This document shows positions 61,312 to 64,000 of a DNA stretch of 64,000 nucleotides, piece by piece. The notes beneath the pieces are model-generated. The model saw nothing but the letters and a program-made list of their open reading frames with translations, did no database searches and was not told the DNA's origin. Where the stretch lies: the NCBI GenBank assembly GCA_963662595.1, contig OY759748.1, forward strand, positions 2,835,186-2,899,185. The letters are read 5' to 3'. Origin of the DNA: an uncultured Desulfobacter sp. GTDB taxonomy: Bacteria > Desulfobacterota > Desulfobacteria > Desulfobacterales > Desulfobacteraceae. Within the stretch, counting starts at the first letter, position 1; the number at the start of each line of letters is the position of its first letter. The translations under genes were made by a program, and so were the position numbers.

Positions 61312-61780
61312 GCAGTGCCACCCTGAACACCTTGATGTCATGGTTGATTCGTTTTTCAGACGGAAAATAATAGTAGACCCCGTAAAGTGCCATGAGAATA
61401 ATGCCGCCGGCATGAAACTGCGAAAGTCCGCCCCATACGGCGAAAAGAGCCAGATACGGCGTCATGCCGGAAAGAACAATCAAGCGGCGCTGGAAAGTTA
61501 AAAACGGTTGAATCTGTACACAGGTCTGCTGCCTGACCGTATGGGAAAATGTGATGCGCATCATCAACGGTCCTGCAATGGCCGTAACGGCAGCGCCCGT
61601 AAAAAGAGTCCCATGCAATATGCCGGGTAAATGCCGGATGGCGGATTCGTCGACCTGGCCACCCCAATGGCTGACCATAAAAAGCCCGGCGAAAATGATG
61701 AGGGCAGGGCCTGTCATCAGCCAGTAAAGACGCTTAAGGGAAGATATCAGTTTTAAATGGGCAGCCATGGCAAAATTCAT
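61304..61780 (-). CDS. Hypothetical membrane protein (about 4 TM)
   Basis: Hydrophobic segments; C-terminal YYYFPSEKRI; lies in the cstA operon. Confidence 0.75.
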   Translation of the reverse strand: MNFAMAAHLKLISSLKRLYWLMTGPALIIFAGLFMVSHWGGQVDESAIRHLPGILHGTLFTGAAVTAIAGPLMMRITFSHTVRQQTCVQIQPFLTFQRRLIVLSGMTPYLALFAVWGGLSQFHAGGIILMALYGVYYYFPSEKRINHDIKVFRVALHE

Positions 61781-61797
61781 CTATTGTTTAGGGCGAA

Positions 61798-61831
61798 AGT
61801 TGCCCAGACAAGGCCTTGCATCTGGGCAACT
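61798..61831. repeat. Collapsed remnant of the ERIC-like repeat family
   Basis: AGTTGCCCAGA-CAAGGCCTTGCA-TCTGGGCAACT shares GCCTTGCATCTGGG with copy 3. Confidence 0.55.
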
Positions 61832-61848
61832 ATTATATGTAATCCCCT

Positions 61849-63570
61849 CTAATTGTTTAAATCGGGTTTCATCGTTGCAATTTTGATCAGGCCTTCAATG
61901 AAAATCCAGACGGCCAGGATCAAACTGATGCCGTTTACTGCCTGCAGCAGTAAATTGTGCTTGGCCCCGAATTCGGTCTGATTCAAGACAAGCGCCCAGA
62001 TGGTGAGCACCATCATGGCAATGGCAGGGATACCGGCCACAAGCCATTTGATACCGCCTTTTGTTTTCAGATAGGCAGCGATGATGATCAGGGCAAGTCC
62101 GGCAAGGGTCTGATTCACCGCACCAAACATGGGCCACAGTTTCAGGGCGCCTTTGCCGCCTGCACCCGTGGCAAAGGCCAGGCCTAAGGCTGTGGCAACA
62201 GCCAGGAAGGTGGCAACATATTTTCCCGTGAGAAAATCAAGTTTCAGATTGGAAAACAGCTCTGAAATAATGTAGCGCTGGATACGGGTGGCCGTATCCA
62301 GGGTGGTGCCGGCAAATGACGCCACAAACACGCCCATGACAGCAACGCAAAGGCTGGTGGGAATGCCTAAGGTCGAGATCATATTGGCGGAACCGTCCAC
62401 AAAGGCACTGATTTTTGAGCCAAGACCCGCTGCGGCGGCCCAGGACGAATAGTGGGTGGTCCAGGCCGCCACACCGGTCAGTATCTGCCCGTCCTTGGTG
62501 GGATACCCCATACCGATACCGGCGGCCACGGATATAATGACCAGAACGGCAAGGGCGCCTTCCAAAAGCATGGAACCATAGCCCACAAACAAAGAGTCGG
62601 TTTCATATCGGACCTGCTTGGCCGAGGTGCCGGAGGAGACCAGGGAGTGAAAGCCTGAGATGGCACCGCAGGCGATGGTGATGAAAAGAAAGGGCCACAT
62701 GGGGGGTGCCTTTTCCGGGGTCATCTGGACCGCCGGGGCCACGATTTCAAGGTTGCCGCCAAACGCTGCGGCAAAAACGCCCGCAATCAAAAGGGCCATG
62801 GCGATCAAAAGCTGGTGGGAGTTGATAAAGTCCCGGGGCTGCAGCAGTGTGGTTACCGGAAGCACCGATGCGATAAACGCGTAGATCAGCAGAATGATAC
62901 TCCAGATACCCGTAGCCGGAATACCTGCAATTTCCGGCATTTTAAAGGGCAGATAGATGCCCATGGCAACGGTGACATACATGGCAACAACCGCAATGAT
63001 GGACCATGTCATAATGCTTTTGCCCTGTTTGTAAACCGCATGGCCCAGCATAACGGCAATCACAACTTCACACCATACCGGGAATACCGATTGGGGATAC
63101 ATGCTGAATACGATGGCAATGACAAGACCGAACACCGCAATAACGATCCACAATTCAAGAAAGACAATTAGAAAGAAGAAGAACCGGGTCCGGCTGTTGA
63201 CATATTTGGCCGTATAATCGGCAATGGATTTACCCTGGTTCCTCATGGAGATAATTAACGCGCCAAAGTCGTGCACCGCACCCATAAAAATACTTCCCAC
63301 AATTACCCAGACCAGGGCTGGTACCCAGCCCCAGATAATGGCAACGGCCGGGCCTACAATGGGGCCGGTCCCGGCAATGGATGTAAAGTGATGCCCGAAA
63401 ATCACCTCTTTTTTAGTGGGCACGTAATCCACACCGTCTTCCATCTCCACCGCAGGAACGCCGGCCTCATGGGTCAGGTTGAATATTTTTTTGCCGATGT
63501 ATCGACCGTAAAGATTGTACATGATAAGATACCCCGCAAAGGATAGGATCATGATTAACAACGCGTTCAT
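61849..63570 (-). CDS. cstA: Carbon starvation protein A family transporter
   Basis: DGVDYVP, GHHFTSIAGTGPIVGP, GAVHD, LLQPRD, TIACGAISGFH, TTLDTATR, WPMFGAVNQ. Confidence 0.95.
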   Translation of the reverse strand: MNALLIMILSFAGYLIMYNLYGRYIGKKIFNLTHEAGVPAVEMEDGVDYVPTKKEVIFGHHFTSIAGTGPIVGPAVAIIWGWVPALVWVIVGSIFMGAVHDFGALIISMRNQGKSIADYTAKYVNSRTRFFFFLIVFLELWIVIAVFGLVIAIVFSMYPQSVFPVWCEVVIAVMLGHAVYKQGKSIMTWSIIAVVAMYVTVAMGIYLPFKMPEIAGIPATGIWSIILLIYAFIASVLPVTTLLQPRDFINSHQLLIAMALLIAGVFAAAFGGNLEIVAPAVQMTPEKAPPMWPFLFITIACGAISGFHSLVSSGTSAKQVRYETDSLFVGYGSMLLEGALAVLVIISVAAGIGMGYPTKDGQILTGVAAWTTHYSSWAAAAGLGSKISAFVDGSANMISTLGIPTSLCVAVMGVFVASFAGTTLDTATRIQRYIISELFSNLKLDFLTGKYVATFLAVATALGLAFATGAGGKGALKLWPMFGAVNQTLAGLALIIIAAYLKTKGGIKWLVAGIPAIAMMVLTIWALVLNQTEFGAKHNLLLQAVNGISLILAVWIFIEGLIKIATMKPDLNN

Positions 63571-63693
63571 TTTTGCACTCTCCTTTTCTTACCTGTTTGG
63601 TTTGAATTTCAATCATCTTCGTTGACGGGACTATACTCCGATGATATGGGAGGGGCAACTATTTTGTCTAAATGGAATTAGTTGGTTAAAACA

Positions 63694-64000
63694 ATGATAT
63701 GTAATGTGACACTTAATAACGCTCTGGACACACTTGAAAAGATTTACACCCTGTTTGACACGGCCATGGCTGGGTTTCCCTTCGCCTGCGCAAAACAGTG
63801 TGCGGACTGCTGCACCTGTAATGTCACCGCAACCGGCCTTGAAGTGGCCTACGTCCAGAACCGGCTTGATGCCAACGCGCTGGAAGATATCCGTGTGAGG
63901 CTCTCCCGGGCCGGAGAAACCAGACGATTTAGGCCTTCCCAGACCACCAATGGATTTGCCCTGGCCTGCATGGAGGGCCGGGATACGGATGAGGAAGAGA
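63694..64000 (+). CDS. YkgJ-family cysteine-cluster protein, 3' end outside window (absent from ORF track)
   Basis: Hand translation ...LEKIYTLFD...FACAKQCADCCTCNVTATGLE..., open to the window end. Confidence 0.8.
   Translation, partial: MICNVTLNNALDTLEKIYTLFDTAMAGFPFACAKQCADCCTCNVTATGLEVAYVQNRLDANALEDIRVRLSRAGETRRFRPSQTTNGFALACMEGRDTDEEE

Noticed and set aside
1-64000. CRISPR array, tRNA/rRNA, prophage, transposase, defence genes, selenoprotein readthrough
   Set aside because: I saw no regularly spaced direct repeats, RNA-gene signatures, such protein motifs or in-frame TGA splits by eye; weak cases could have been missed.

Overview
A 64-kb stretch of ordinary chromosome from a sulfate-reducing deltaproteobacterium. 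Gene content and style suggest Desulfobacteraceae, probably Desulfobacter; this is an inference. Transport: a BMP-type nucleoside ABC system, ProVWX, a TRAP system, a Nik/Cbi ECF system, OadG/OadB and CstA. Metabolism: an acyl-CoA synthetase, a 2-oxoacid:ferredoxin oxidoreductase and an Fe-ADH. Signalling: an MCP with a STAS-cheYAWRBD cluster, a TonB receptor-YfiR-hybrid kinase operon, and a kinase-lipoprotein-sigma54 regulator triad. Also a divergent EF-G, RecD2 and IHF. I found no rRNA, tRNA, CRISPR array, transposase or prophage. Best leads: (1) a tightly packed CstA / membrane protein / small protein / ArsA-GET3 ATPase operon; (2) a 613-aa hypothetical protein that matches class II FBPase (GlpX) motif by motif; (3) the TBDR-YfiR-kinase trans-envelope module; (4) an unlisted 47-aa H2C2 microprotein with its own promoter, RBS and terminator; (5) a beta-carbonic anhydrase lipoprotein lacking two of three Zn ligands and carrying an acidic/His tail; (6) a family of ERIC-like palindromic repeats that abut stop codons in a fixed orientation. 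All family assignments come from motif recognition by eye; no database searches were run.
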